NCBI GenBank assembly: GCA_963749155.1
Contig: CAVVLO010000001.1
Location: 224,001 to 288,000, forward strand
Source of the DNA: an uncultured Armatimonadia bacterium
GTDB taxonomy: Bacteria; Armatimonadota; Zipacnadia; CAVVLO01
Length of the DNA stretch: 64,000 nucleotides
Reading direction: 5' to 3'
Part shown: piece by piece, positions 51,585 to 62,035 of the stretch
Position numbering within the stretch: the stretch's first letter is position 1
Layout: every line of letters starts with the position of its first letter
Notes under the pieces: model-generated
What the model saw: only the letters and a program-made list of their open reading frames with translations
Told to the model about the DNA's origin: nothing
Database searches by the model: none
Translations under genes and position numbers: made by a program

Positions 51585-52850
51585 CTAGTAAGCGCGGCTG
51601 AGTCTTTCCTGCCAGATCAAGCCCTGAAGTTGCTTTACGACTTTCTCCGCAAGCGCCTGTTCAGTCAACCCCGCTAGCTCGGCTTCACTGGTGCTGACGG
51701 CGAGCAACGCCTTGTTGATAGCGTAGATACCCCAAGCTTCGCCGACGCGACCGACACTCAAATCAGCAAGCTGGATATCGTATTCGACAAGCGCTTTGTT
51801 GAGGTTGGCTGCGAGTTCCTGCGCCCTTGCCATCGAGAGTTCAGGGTCAGGGGCGCCTTCGGCATCGTCGCCAGCAACATAGGTCGCGTACAGGGCCCTC
51901 TCGCCAATTACAACCTCGGCCACATGTTGTCCCTTTACGAGGGCAGGACGCACTTTGGCCTCGAGGGGATTATAGATAGCCCTGCGCTTTACCTGAATGC
52001 CCATCTCGCGAAGCTGCTGATACATCTGCATAACTCGGGCTGGCATATCCGGGTGGGTTGCGAAGACGCCCAGGTTAGGTTCGAAGTTCTTGCCCTGGAG
52101 CACATCGTCATGGGCCATCCGCTCGGAGAAGGCCATCAGGCCGGGAGGATTGTACCGGGGAGCGCGCGCCAGGATGTCCGTCCCAAGGGCATCGGCCTGG
52201 AACTCGTATTCCTGCGAGTAGCCATTCATCACACCTTGCAAGACCAGACTGCCAGCCGTGATGATGTCCGCTGGATTCGTATTGCCGCCGGCCAAAATCA
52301 TTGCCAGTTCGGCCCAGGTAATCATCTCCTGGGTCTGTTGGGCTTTTTTTAGCTGCCTGAGGCCGTGATACAGACAGTTATGGGCCATCTCGTGCGCGAG
52401 CACTCCGGCGAGCTCATCATCGGATTTGGCGTATTCAAGCAGGCCCGTATAGACAAAGAAGAAGCCACCAGGCAGCGCGAAAGCGTTCACTTCAGGATCT
52501 TCCACAAGAAAGACCTGATAATCCACCTGCGGGCGCGGCGAATAAGGCTTGAGCAGATTCACCATCTGGATGAGCTTCTGGCGTCTGGCGTCGTCATTAA
52601 TCAGCTTGACCGATTGCTGGATTTCTTCAGCGGCTTCCTCGCCAAGCTGATATTCTTTCAAGGGATCGAAGCTGAACTCTTGCGCCTCGATGATTATCTG
52701 ACGCACGTATTGCGCCCTTACCGGAGCGGGAGCGGAAGGTTCTTCATCCGCAGCAAAGGAGGCGCTGACCGCAAGCAGCCAAAAAACAGCTACCAGCGTC
52801 CAGGCGATCCTGTGGACCCAGGTTTTGGGCTTTGGTTGACGCATATTCAT
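51585..52850 (-). CDS. Secreted M48-family metallopeptidase
   Basis: Signal peptide; NAFALPGG, ELAGVLAHEMAH, YS...E..AD, THP...R. Confidence 0.88.
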   Translation of the reverse strand: MNMRQPKPKTWVHRIAWTLVAVFWLLAVSASFAADEEPSAPAPVRAQYVRQIIIEAQEFSFDPLKEYQLGEEAAEEIQQSVKLINDDARRQKLIQMVNLLKPYSPRPQVDYQVFLVEDPEVNAFALPGGFFFVYTGLLEYAKSDDELAGVLAHEMAHNCLYHGLRQLKKAQQTQEMITWAELAMILAGGNTNPADIITAGSLVLQGVMNGYSQEYEFQADALGTDILARAPRYNPPGLMAFSERMAHDDVLQGKNFEPNLGVFATHPDMPARVMQMYQQLREMGIQVKRRAIYNPLEAKVRPALVKGQHVAEVVIGERALYATYVAGDDAEGAPDPELSMARAQELAANLNKALVEYDIQLADLSVGRVGEAWGIYAINKALLAVSTSEAELAGLTEQALAEKVVKQLQGLIWQERLSRAY

Positions 52851-52858
52851 CCTGTCAG

Positions 52859-52867
52859 ATTATACCA
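52859..52867 (-). promoter_or_regulatory. Extended -10 promoter element for the M48 peptidase gene
   Basis: Minus strand TGGTATAAT separated from the ATG by 8 nt. Confidence 0.6.
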
Positions 52868-53009
52868 TGCTCTTGGTACGACCACGCGGGGTAGCAAGCG
52901 TGGTAAACTCCACGTGAGCCTCCTAATTTTAGACGTATAAATCACTGCCGAAGTTCCTTGGTATATCGAGCCAGGAGAACACAAAAAACCTAAGCCGGAG
53001 CAAGCCAGG

Positions 53010-53342
53010 GTGAATTGCCCCTTTCGTTATATTGATAAAGGCCGCACTTTCTGCGCTATCGCGATTCTCGATAGTCGGTACAACACGACTGAAGTGTCCC
53101 CCTCTGTATGCGCCGACTGCCGAGTGCCAGCGCTGGTTGGTCAGTTGCCGTGTGCCAATCTGGATGTAGGGGTTTCCATAATGACTGTATATGGCGGCGC
53201 CAGGGTAGAGGAAGTTTTTACTGCCTGTCGCGCGCGCTGCGAACAGCTAACCAATCTCGAAGGTTGCTCGCAGGAATGCGCGGATTATCAATTGGCGCAG
53301 CGGCTGGCGAATTTTCTGGCCAGGGAGGCGGACCCCAATTAA
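53010..53342 (+). CDS. Small Cys-rich hypothetical protein
   Basis: GGAG then GTG; 110 aa with 9 Cys; stop overlaps the inferred nadD start. Confidence 0.6.
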   Translation: MNCPFRYIDKGRTFCAIAILDSRYNTTEVSPSVCADCRVPALVGQLPCANLDVGVSIMTVYGGARVEEVFTACRARCEQLTNLEGCSQECADYQLAQRLANFLAREADPN

Positions 53343-53931
53343 AGTTGGTCTGTTTGGCGGCACTTTTGATCCTCCCCACCTGGGCCATCGCCTGGTCGCC
53401 CAGGAGGCGCTTTATGCTGGAGGCCTGGACCTGCTTGTCGTGATGCCGGCGCGGGTATCGCCTCATAAACCCGCCCCTGTTGCCCGAGAAGCGGACCGGC
53501 TTGAACTTGCCAGGCTCAATTTTGCGGATTTACCCAGGGTCGAGGTGAGCGATCTGGAGCTTGTCCGACCAGGCAAATCTTTCACAATCGAAACTGTTAG
53601 AGCGCTTCACTCGGCTCATCCAGACTGGGAACTGTTTTTGGTAATGGGCCTTGATGCCTTACTCGACCTGCCTACCTGGTATCAGGCGGAAGCGCTAGCC
53701 CAGGAAACCAGGTTTCTTGCCTGCCTCAGGCCGCCTTTGGAAGCAGGCGCCAGCCTGGACTTGCTGCCGCCCCTTTTCAGAGAGCGATCGCAACTGATAG
53801 AGCTGCCGCAAATCGAAATCAAGGCTAGTTTGATTCGCGAACGTGTGGCTGCTGGAGCCCCATATGCGGCTTTCCTGCATCCCGCAGTGTATAATCACAT
53901 CGAGAAGCAACACCTGTATGGTGCAAGGTAA
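53338..53931 (+). CDS. nadD: Nicotinate-nucleotide adenylyltransferase (apparent ATT start)
   Basis: IKVGLFGGTFDPPHLGH lies in frame upstream of the called ORF; SPHK, SFTIET, MGLD..L.L..W, I.AS.IRER. Confidence 0.9.
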   Translation: MKVGLFGGTFDPPHLGHRLVAQEALYAGGLDLLVVMPARVSPHKPAPVAREADRLELARLNFADLPRVEVSDLELVRPGKSFTIETVRALHSAHPDWELFLVMGLDALLDLPTWYQAEALAQETRFLACLRPPLEAGASLDLLPPLFRERSQLIELPQIEIKASLIRERVAAGAPYAAFLHPAVYNHIEKQHLYGAR

Positions 53932-53933
53932 CG

Positions 53934-55193
53934 ATGACTTATACCAATGAACCGCCAACCGGATTCGACCAGGGGCCCGAGTGGGAGAAACCGCGCGGCC
54001 TAAGCTGCTCTACCTATTTTGTGCTTGCGCTAGTGCTGACAGTCGGTCTGGCTGTTGGCACCTGGCTTGCGTGGAGCCAGCAGCATGGCACTGGCCTTGC
54101 CAGTTTTAATCCTGTCGCGCTGCTGACCGGCGATCCCTTCGAGCATCAGAAGGAACTCACGCTGCTGCTGGTGGGGAAGGATCAGGGCAAAGATACCGAT
54201 ATCCCGCGCACGGATACCCTTTTGCTGGCGTTGCTGAACCTCGAGACCGAGCGCGCGGCAATTATTTCTGTGCCCCGCGACACCCGGGTTGAGATTCCAG
54301 AATATGGGGTCGGCAAGATCAACTCGGCCTATGTGCATGGGGGCATCGACCTTACCAAGAGGACCTTGCAGAACTTCCTGGGGGTGCCTGTGGATTATAC
54401 CGCACAGGTGTCTCTGGAAGGTTTCAAAGGCCTGGTAGACGCAGCCGGAGGCGTTGAGATCAACGTCGACAAGCGAATGAAGTACACTGACAACTGGGGC
54501 GGACTTTTCATTGATCTCTACCCCGGCAAACAGACCCTTGATGGCGAACACGCGATGCAGTATGTGCGTTTTCGGCATGATGCCGAAGGCGATATCGGTC
54601 GGATGCGCAGGCAGCAGGAGTTTATGAAGGCGCTGCTTGGGAAGCTTAAGGCTCCGTCCAACGCCTATCGGTTGCCCCTGGTGGTCAGGGCGCTCTACAA
54701 GATGATAGAGACCGATCTGTCAATGAATCAGGCGCTTGCGCTGGGCCGCCGGGTAAAAGGTTTTGCATCCAACGGCTTGCTGACTGACACCTTGCCTGGC
54801 GTACCCGAGACCATCGGCGGAGTCTCCTATATGATTCTCGATGGCGCTACTGGGGGCCAGAAAATCTGGGAGCTGCGCAACCAACTGGCAGGCGTGGCGA
54901 CCCCTGATACCGTCCAGGTGTTGAATGGCACTGGCAAAGCGGGCTTTGCCGGCCAGGTGAGTGAGGCGCTCAGAGTATATGGGCTGCAACTGGCTGAGCC
55001 CGGCAACGCGCCAACAGGATTTGATAACAGCGAAACAATAATCCTGCATAAACCTGAAGCTAGTGCCACAGCCAAACGCGTAAAGGAAGTATTGGGTGTT
55101 GGCACGCTGCACGAGGCCGACCAGCCCGAAGGCGCAGATCCAGCCGCGGGCGTTGTTGTTATCGTAGGCACTGACCTGCAGGAACGACTGTAA
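53934..55193 (+). CDS. LCP (LytR-CpsA-Psr) family protein with C-terminal LytR_C domain
   Basis: TM anchor, RTDT, SVPRDT, KINSAY, LDGE.A..YVRFRH...GDIGR..RQQ; VLNGTG..G.A in the C-terminal domain. Confidence 0.92.
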   Translation: MTYTNEPPTGFDQGPEWEKPRGLSCSTYFVLALVLTVGLAVGTWLAWSQQHGTGLASFNPVALLTGDPFEHQKELTLLLVGKDQGKDTDIPRTDTLLLALLNLETERAAIISVPRDTRVEIPEYGVGKINSAYVHGGIDLTKRTLQNFLGVPVDYTAQVSLEGFKGLVDAAGGVEINVDKRMKYTDNWGGLFIDLYPGKQTLDGEHAMQYVRFRHDAEGDIGRMRRQQEFMKALLGKLKAPSNAYRLPLVVRALYKMIETDLSMNQALALGRRVKGFASNGLLTDTLPGVPETIGGVSYMILDGATGGQKIWELRNQLAGVATPDTVQVLNGTGKAGFAGQVSEALRVYGLQLAEPGNAPTGFDNSETIILHKPEASATAKRVKEVLGVGTLHEADQPEGADPAAGVVVIVGTDLQERL

Positions 55194-55213
55194 AAAATGG
55201 AGGAATTGCTCTG

Positions 55214-55609
55214 GTGAATTCGCGTGAAGAAATGTTGAGCCTGGCTGTAAATGCTTTATACGATGTCAAGGCTCTGGATATGACCTTGCTCGACGTGACG
55301 AGTCTGGCTACTTTTACCGACAACTTCCTGATTGCTTCCGCCTCATCAACCCAGCATCTTGACACGCTGGAAACCCGGCTGTACCACGCGCTCAAAGACG
55401 CGGGCAGGCTGCCGCGTGTCTCGGGTAAAGCTGATTCCGGTTGGGTTGTCGTAGACCTCGGCAATCTGGTTGTGCACCTCTTTTTGGAAAGCTCGCGCAC
55501 TTTCTACGAGCTGGAAGAGTTTTGGCACGAAGCGGAACAACTCGACGTGGACGAGTTTATCGAGTCACCCGAGGGACCACTTGGCGAGGAGTCGGGCGAG
55601 GGCGAGTAG
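55214..55609 (+). CDS. rsfS: Ribosome silencing factor RsfS
   Basis: KA.D...LDV, TD.F.IAS..S..H, W...DLG..VVHLF....R.FY.LE..W. Confidence 0.93.
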   Translation: MNSREEMLSLAVNALYDVKALDMTLLDVTSLATFTDNFLIASASSTQHLDTLETRLYHALKDAGRLPRVSGKADSGWVVVDLGNLVVHLFLESSRTFYELEEFWHEAEQLDVDEFIESPEGPLGEESGEGE

Positions 55610-55630
55610 CGACCACCGGGAGGCAATGAG

Positions 55631-56338
55631 ATGTCAGGCGACTTCGAGGCTCTGGAACGCGAAGAAAAACTACGCTCTTTGCTCATCGAAGGCTCGCGGC
55701 TGCTCAGGCAAAGGCAACTCACAGCAGCGAAGCAGAAGCTGCAGGCGGCACTCGAACTGGACGAGAATTGCGCTGACGGCCTCGAACTGATGGGAGAGCT
55801 GGAGCTTGCCGGCGGCAACGTCGAAGGCGCGATGGACTACTTCCGCAAGGTCGCTTTCGATTTGCCCGAGGCTCCCCATCACATCAGACAGAAAGCCGAA
55901 GAACGGCTAGGTGAGGCGGCTCTCATAAAAGCCCAGGCGAGTGCCAACTCTGCAGGCCTCACAGCTCCCCCCGAAGGGCTGGAACCCAAAATACCAACGG
56001 TTAATAAGTCAGAGCGCAGCCCCTCGCTTGCGGCGGCTTTCTCTCTGCTTATCCCCGGCCTGGGCGAGTTTTTCGCGCGCGACAGGATGAAGGGCCTGCT
56101 CGTAATGGGACTCTGGCTGTTTGTCCTGATGGGATTCATTGTTGCCGCGCTGAATGTGCTTGGCGAGTTGCGCAGTGAACTGACGGGCTCAGGCACTGTG
56201 GATGGTCTGTTCAAGCTGTATTTTGGAATGTGGACAGGCACCAGTGTAATCTGGGTTTTGCTCGATCACCTGCTGCGTATAGGCTCGGCGATAAATGCTG
56301 CCCTGATCGCTGGCAACGGCGGCGGCGACGACTTCTAG
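55631..56338 (+). CDS. TPR-containing membrane protein
   Basis: N-terminal TPR-like helices, then P.LAA..SLLIPGLG.F and TM segments. Confidence 0.65.
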   Translation: MSGDFEALEREEKLRSLLIEGSRLLRQRQLTAAKQKLQAALELDENCADGLELMGELELAGGNVEGAMDYFRKVAFDLPEAPHHIRQKAEERLGEAALIKAQASANSAGLTAPPEGLEPKIPTVNKSERSPSLAAAFSLLIPGLGEFFARDRMKGLLVMGLWLFVLMGFIVAALNVLGELRSELTGSGTVDGLFKLYFGMWTGTSVIWVLLDHLLRIGSAINAALIAGNGGGDDF

Positions 56339-56763
56339 CCTGGCGCAGGCGGAGCGCTCCAGGATTTGCCTTCAAGCAGATCTTTGCTGATTAGCTCCTG
56401 CAATTTGCGCCCAGCAGGAGTTTTGGTTGGTTTCAATTCTCCGAGCGCAATTAGCTCGCGCGGATCAAGCGGCAACACCATTGGCACCGAGGTGCCCAGT
56501 GCTTGCTTCGCATCATAAAAGAAAGCCTCACAGTGCCTGCAATAGGCAACCCGGCGCTTGCGAAGATATTCGGTTGCCTCCTTGTTGCGCCAGCCAAGCC
56601 CCAAATCAGCCGTTGCATTGAGCAGAGGCACTCTGCGCGAGCAAGTCGGGCAGCGGGGCATCAGCAGATAGCCTGCAACGCTGCCCCCTACCCCCAGGAG
56701 GATGGGCCCACCCACCTTTGCAATTGCCTCAAGTGTCTCAAACCAGTCCAGGTCGGCAAACAT
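56335..56763 (-). CDS. Hypothetical membrane-anchored protein with possible zinc ribbon
   Basis: One TM helix, CPTC...CRHC; GAGG upstream. Confidence 0.5.
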   Translation of the reverse strand: MFADLDWFETLEAIAKVGGPILLGVGGSVAGYLLMPRCPTCSRRVPLLNATADLGLGWRNKEATEYLRKRRVAYCRHCEAFFYDAKQALGTSVPMVLPLDPRELIALGELKPTKTPAGRKLQELISKDLLEGKSWSAPPAPG

Positions 56764-56783
56764 TCTCTTGCCTCACAGAGGAG

Positions 56784-59700
56784 CTAGAATAGCTCGTATA
56801 ACACCAACTCGGGCGGCGAAGTCAGTCCGAAGGGCACGAAGTTGTAACTCCAGACCCACGGCCGCTCAGGGCCTGAAAGCCACCCAGGCTGACCTGTGAA
56901 GGCCGTCGGATCAACGCCCAGCAACTCTCCGGCCGGATGATGATGCGGCCCCAGCAGGTTGCGGTTGCTGCCTATACAAGTCAACTCAAGGGTGTTCTCG
57001 CCTGACCTGCAAATAAGTCGGTGACATCCAGTGAGTATGGCCGCCAGTATAGGGCGCCGGCGTCTTGCCCATTCACCCTGGCCTTCACCACGATTGCGTC
57101 TACGTCGGGCAATTCGAGCACCAGCCGCTGCCTGGGCGCAAGTCTTTGCCAGGTAAAGGTAGTGGTGTAGGTCACCGCTCCGCTGTAGAAAGGCAGACCC
57201 TGCCAGACCAGATCGCCGGTGATCGCTTTTGCCGGGATTTCAACAAGTCGGAAGCTGCTCTCGGTCACCTGTCTGGTACCGAAATCGCCGACGAGATAGA
57301 CCGCTTCAAGCTCGGTTTTGGGCGTGTAGTGATAGTTGGGCCGCTTGTGGGCAGGATCCTTCTGCTCGAAGCCGGGCAGGAACCGGATGGCAAGCTCCAG
57401 TTCGTTGGCGCCTTGCTGCGCATAAGGCTTCAGGTCCAGCTTGCGGAAGCTGATGTCTTTCCACCAGCCCAAATCATCCTTTACAACCTCCTGGCCGTTG
57501 CAGGTGATGCGGTAACGTTCGGGCTGCTCGAGGACCAGAAGCAATTCCTGCATTGTGGAAGGATCTTTGGCGCACTCAAAGTCGAACAGCAACCTGACTT
57601 CCCGTTCGACGTTAGCCTGCTGCAATTCGAGGCTGGTCCAGATGACTGGCCGGCGCTCTCCAAAGTCGCCGCCATCCAGGCTGGCGCGCGCATAATCAAG
57701 AGTGAGGGCATTGGACTCGCCTACGCTCAGGGTCCAGTCGGGGCCAAGCCGCAGGCTCTCGGCCCGCAGCAATCGGTTGGCCGCAGTGATTTGCGGCTCG
57801 CGTCCCAGGTCCAGTAGAAAGATCCTCGACTGGCAGGGCGCCAGTTCTGTCGAGAAAAGTGTCTCGCTGTGGCTCTCGCGCGCCGAAACCGGCCTCTGGC
57901 AGCCTTCCTCAAGACCTAGTTCGGTCACATGACCGACACTTGCCAGCCTCACGCGCAATTGATAGCCCCGCTGCTGACTCAGGTTGGTCAGCATCCATAC
58001 CTCGTGATTATCCTCGGCAAGTAGCCTGTGGTGGACGAAAACCTCAGGCACTGGATTGCCACTGGCATCGCTCAGAACTAGCTGGGGAGCAACTGCCTTG
58101 GCAAGCGCATCGATGAGTTCGTCCCGGTTCAGCTCTATCAGATCAGCCCTGCGCACCAAGCCTTCAAGTGAGGAATCAGGCACTCCATCTACCAGCCAGG
58201 GTTCGGGATGGAGGACGATGACTTTGCCACCCGTGTCCATAAAAGCTTCGAGCAAAGTGACTGTGCTGGCTCTCAGACTGAAACAGGGAGGCACCACGAC
58301 CACCTTGTAGCTCATCTGTCCCAGATTCAAGGAGACCTTTTTCGACTGAGCCGTATTTCGCAAGCTGGGCTTCGCTGCCCAAATCGTAGTCGCGTTGAAG
58401 CTCCAACAGCCAGGTGCTGACGGCCTCAAGGGACCGGTCCAGTTCGGCGACCTGGCTCATATCTCGTGGACTGGCCACGCACCAGGCGCTTTCTATTGGA
58501 TGCAGCAGCAGCACATCGGCGCTGAACTTGCCCTGGCTCATCACATAGTTGGCCCGCGCCTGATAGTCCATAAAGGGCTTGTAGTCCGACCAATAAGGCT
58601 GCTGATAATAAAGCGAAGGCGGATAATCTCGCTTGCGCGAGCCGCGCATCGAGTAGAGCTCCAGATGCTGGCAGAACAGATTCACGCCCAGCACGGTCTG
58701 CCAGTCGCCGATGCGTTTGAGCTCTTCGAAGGAGGCGTTCCAACCACTGCAGCCGTAGGTTTCGGACAGCGTGCGCTCCTTGCCAAGCTGGTGGGCGACG
58801 CTGGAGAGCTGTTTTACCAGCAGGGGCGCCGCGATCCGGCGCGTCAGATGATCGATTCCAGGAAGCTGCATATATTCGTAATGGGCCATCGCATCGCCGA
58901 TGTAGAGGGTCTGCGAGGCCAGAGTGTCTTCGGATACCTGATGACCTGTGAAGACCAGCTTGTGCGCCTGACACCACTCGCCAATCTGCTGGCTGAAAGC
59001 TTCGACATACAGGGCAGTTGCGACTCTTCGATAGTCCAGCCGCACTTTTTCAGAGCCAGGAATATCGAAGAACAGGGCGGGAAGATGGGGCAAGAGGTCG
59101 TAGTTTGCGCGCGCTTCGAACTCGCGGGGGAAGGTTTCAGTCCAGGGCACAACTTCGCCCATCACGTAATTGTAGGCGGGCTCGTCGGTGAAGATGCCAG
59201 GTATGGCATCGCCGAAATCCTGACCGAAACGCGCAGCATAAGGCTCGTATTGAAGCTCGATGAATTTTCGGACGACCTCTTTACTGAGGGTGTCGATATA
59301 GTTGGGCCAGTGGCGCATCACGAAACCGAGTGCCACCCGACCGCCCAGGGTAGCCGCACTGATCTCGCGGCCGGTGGCATCCTCGAGGCCCGTAACTTGC
59401 GCCCCTTCCACCCCATCGGCCAGGAAGATTTTAAGCGCGTCATCCAGCAGGGCCGGATTACTGGCCAACTCCTCCGCGCGCGCGACCACAAGGGCCAGGT
59501 GCTTCTGCTGGTATTCTGGCCCCATATCAGGCAGCACGAAGCCGAAATTGCCACTCGGCCAGCAGTCTTCATCATAAAGCCAGGAATAGATGCCAGCGCG
59601 CTTGCCTTCTTCGATGCAGGCGGCAATGCACTGCATCCAGTCCTCGCTCATATAGTCGTTAACCAGGCCGATGCGAGAATGCATAAAATAGCCCCCGCAC

Positions 59701-59825
59701 CCTTGGGCGGCATGTTCGCGCACCTGGCGACGTAGCTCTTCGGGTTCCAGTTTGTCATTCCAGGCCCAGAAGGGGGCAGCTCGAAACAGGGGGCCAGGAT
59801 TTTCAAATTCTTCAAGCAGGCTCAC
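56784..59825 (-). CDS. Large glycoside hydrolase (GH106 / alpha-L-rhamnosidase-like); frameshifts near 58330 and 57005
   Basis: PFWAWND, FMHSRIGL, WLYDED.WPSG, GIFTDEP, PGIDHL, SETYG..GW, RKRDYPPS; beta-sandwich part (GLPFYSG, VNGQ.AG...W.PY); tail RNLLGPHH. Spread over three frames. Confidence 0.75.
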
Positions 59826-59897
59826 AAAGGCTCCTCCGTCTACCAAGGCAGTATCAAGGAGTGCTTCAGCATCGAGCGGGGTCTTCCTGCAGGGAGA

Positions 59898-60492
59898 TTA
59901 ACCCTCTGAAAGCAGCCGGGCCAATAATTCAGGTAGCCTGCGCAAGGCTTTGCCGCGATGGCTGAGGGCGTTTTTTTCTTCAGAGGAAAGCTCTGCGAAG
60001 GTGCGCTGACTGGCCAACCGGCAGGAATATCGGGTCATAACCGAAACCGCCGGTACCGCGCGGGGCATCGATAAGCGCGCCTTCGGCATACTCGATTAAC
60101 ACTGCCGAGTCACCCTCGGGGGTGGCAACCGCAAGGGCGCAAGCGAACCGGGCAGACCGGTCGTCGCTGCCTTCAAGCTCGCGCAGCACCCGCTGGATTC
60201 GAGCCTCATCGGTTGGGGCATAGCGGGCAGAATAGACACCAGGCGCGCCCTCGAGGGCGTCTACAATCAAGCCAGAATCATCCGCAAGGGCGACTTCGCC
60301 TGTAGCCTGAGCGGCTGCGCGGGCCTTCAGGAGGGCGTTCTCTTCGAAGGTAGCGCCTGTTTCTTCGACATCAAATCCAGGCGCAAGCTCGCTAACCGCG
60401 ACGACCTCATAGCCTAAAGGCGCGGCCAATTCTGCCAGCTCGCGCAGTTTTTTCACATTGTTCGAGGCGATTACCAGCTTGCGCGGACTCAC
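59898..60492 (-). CDS. rdgB: Non-canonical purine NTP pyrophosphatase (RdgB/Ham1); frameshift near 60012
   Basis: ASNN.KK..E, ETG.TF.ENA..KA, ADDSGL.VDAL.G.PGVYSARY, GFGYDPIF; then TFAEL...EKN..SHRG.AL in the next frame. Confidence 0.9.
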
Positions 60493-61211
60493 TTGCGACC
60501 AAGCACCTCGCGCTGGAACTCTACGATCTCCTGGCAACCAACCAGCGCCAGGTTGAGCAGATTATCAAGCTGTTTACGAGCGAACGGTTTGCCTTCGGCT
60601 GAACCTTGCACCTCGACCAACTCGCCCTTGCCGGTGGCTACGATATTCATATCTACGCCGGCCTGGGAGTCTTCGTAATAATCGAGGTCTACCATCGGTT
60701 CTCCGTGGACAACACCGACGCTGACCGCGGCAAGCTCACTGATTATGGGATTGCTGCGCAACAGATTCTGTTCGAGGAGATACTCGATTGCGCTGGAAAG
60801 CGCCAGGTACGCGGCGTTGATTGAGGCGCAGCGCGTGCCTCCATCGGCCTGCAGCACATCGCAGTCAATCCAGATGGTGCGCTCGCCCAACTGGCGGGTG
60901 TCTACGATGGCCCGGCAAGCCCGACCTATCAGACGCTGGATTTCCATAGTCCGCCCCTGCAGCTTGCCCGAGGTTGACTCGCGCTGGTTGCGGCTCTGGC
61001 AGGCGCGCGGCAGCATCGAATATTCGGCGGTCACCCAGCCGGTGCCCGAGCCTCGCAGGAAGGAAGGCACTCCTTCCTCGACGGTTGCGGCGGAAAGCAC
61101 CCGCGTGCGGCCCATCTGGAAGAGGCAGGAGCCTTCGGCGAATTCCATATAGCCAAGTTCAGCTTTCAGAGAGCGAAGCTGTCCGGTTTCCCGGCCATCA
61201 TGACGCAGCAT
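60489..61211 (-). CDS. rph: Ribonuclease PH
   Basis: AEGS....G.T.V, GWVTAEYSMLP, GRT.EIQRLIGR, DCDVLQADGGTR.ASI, DL.Y.ED..A.VDMN. Confidence 0.97.
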   Translation of the reverse strand: MLRHDGRETGQLRSLKAELGYMEFAEGSCLFQMGRTRVLSAATVEEGVPSFLRGSGTGWVTAEYSMLPRACQSRNQRESTSGKLQGRTMEIQRLIGRACRAIVDTRQLGERTIWIDCDVLQADGGTRCASINAAYLALSSAIEYLLEQNLLRSNPIISELAAVSVGVVHGEPMVDLDYYEDSQAGVDMNIVATGKGELVEVQGSAEGKPFARKQLDNLLNLALVGCQEIVEFQREVLGRK

Positions 61212-61214
61212 TGC

Positions 61215-62033
61215 TTAACCTTCCTTCTCGATATCCTCATAAGGAACCTGACGCAAGCTCAGGTTCTCCAGGCCCAGGAAACGCAGTGCAAAGCGCCTTA
61301 CACTTTCTCCAGAGCCTGTTACCACAGCTTCGAGCAACTCTTCTTTCGAGGCGGGCTGCCCCGTGCCTGTCGGGAGGGGCAGCAGTCCTGCCATTACCTG
61401 GGCAGGATCCACAAAAGTAACCCCAGGGCCGGCGAGTTCTGTGGCAAGCTCGGTCAGCCAGGGATAATGGGTGCATCCGTAGATTATTGTATCAGCGCCC
61501 GCCGCAAGCATCGGTTCGAGATATCCAGCCAGGGCTTCGCGGGCCGCAGCAGAATCCAGCTCTCCGGCTTCGACCAGGGGCACCAGCCTGGGGGCGGGAA
61601 TGGCGATTACCTCAAGTGAAGAATCAAGCGATCTGAGGGCGCGCTGATAACTGCCACTGTCTACTGTGCCCTGGGTGGCGATTACTCCCACGACGCCACT
61701 TTGGGTAGTCTGGGCAGCCACTTCGGCGGCAGGGCCAATCAGGCCAAAAACGGGAATAGAGAGCGCCTCCTGAAGTGCTTCCAGGGCCACTGAAGAGGAG
61801 AGATTACATCCGATTGCGATGGCGCCGCAGCCTTGGGCTTCCAGCCAGCGGCCTATAGCAAGCGCAAAAAGACGGATCTCGTCCAGAGGTCTGTTGCCGT
61901 AAGGGACATGGGCAGTGTCGGCGCAGAAAAGCACGGAAGTCTCGGGTGCGCGCTGCCAGATGGCTTTCACCAGCGTAAGGCCACCGACCCCGCTGTCGAA
62001 GACGCCAAGCGGCGCCGGAACACGATTGGACAA
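61215..62033 (-). CDS. murI: Glutamate racemase
   Basis: GVFDSGVGGL, DTAHVPYG, GCN, IAT.GT, GCTHYP. Confidence 0.96.
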   Translation of the reverse strand: MSNRVPAPLGVFDSGVGGLTLVKAIWQRAPETSVLFCADTAHVPYGNRPLDEIRLFALAIGRWLEAQGCGAIAIGCNLSSSVALEALQEALSIPVFGLIGPAAEVAAQTTQSGVVGVIATQGTVDSGSYQRALRSLDSSLEVIAIPAPRLVPLVEAGELDSAAAREALAGYLEPMLAAGADTIIYGCTHYPWLTELATELAGPGVTFVDPAQVMAGLLPLPTGTGQPASKEELLEAVVTGSGESVRRFALRFLGLENLSLRQVPYEDIEKEG

Positions 62034-62035
62034 AA

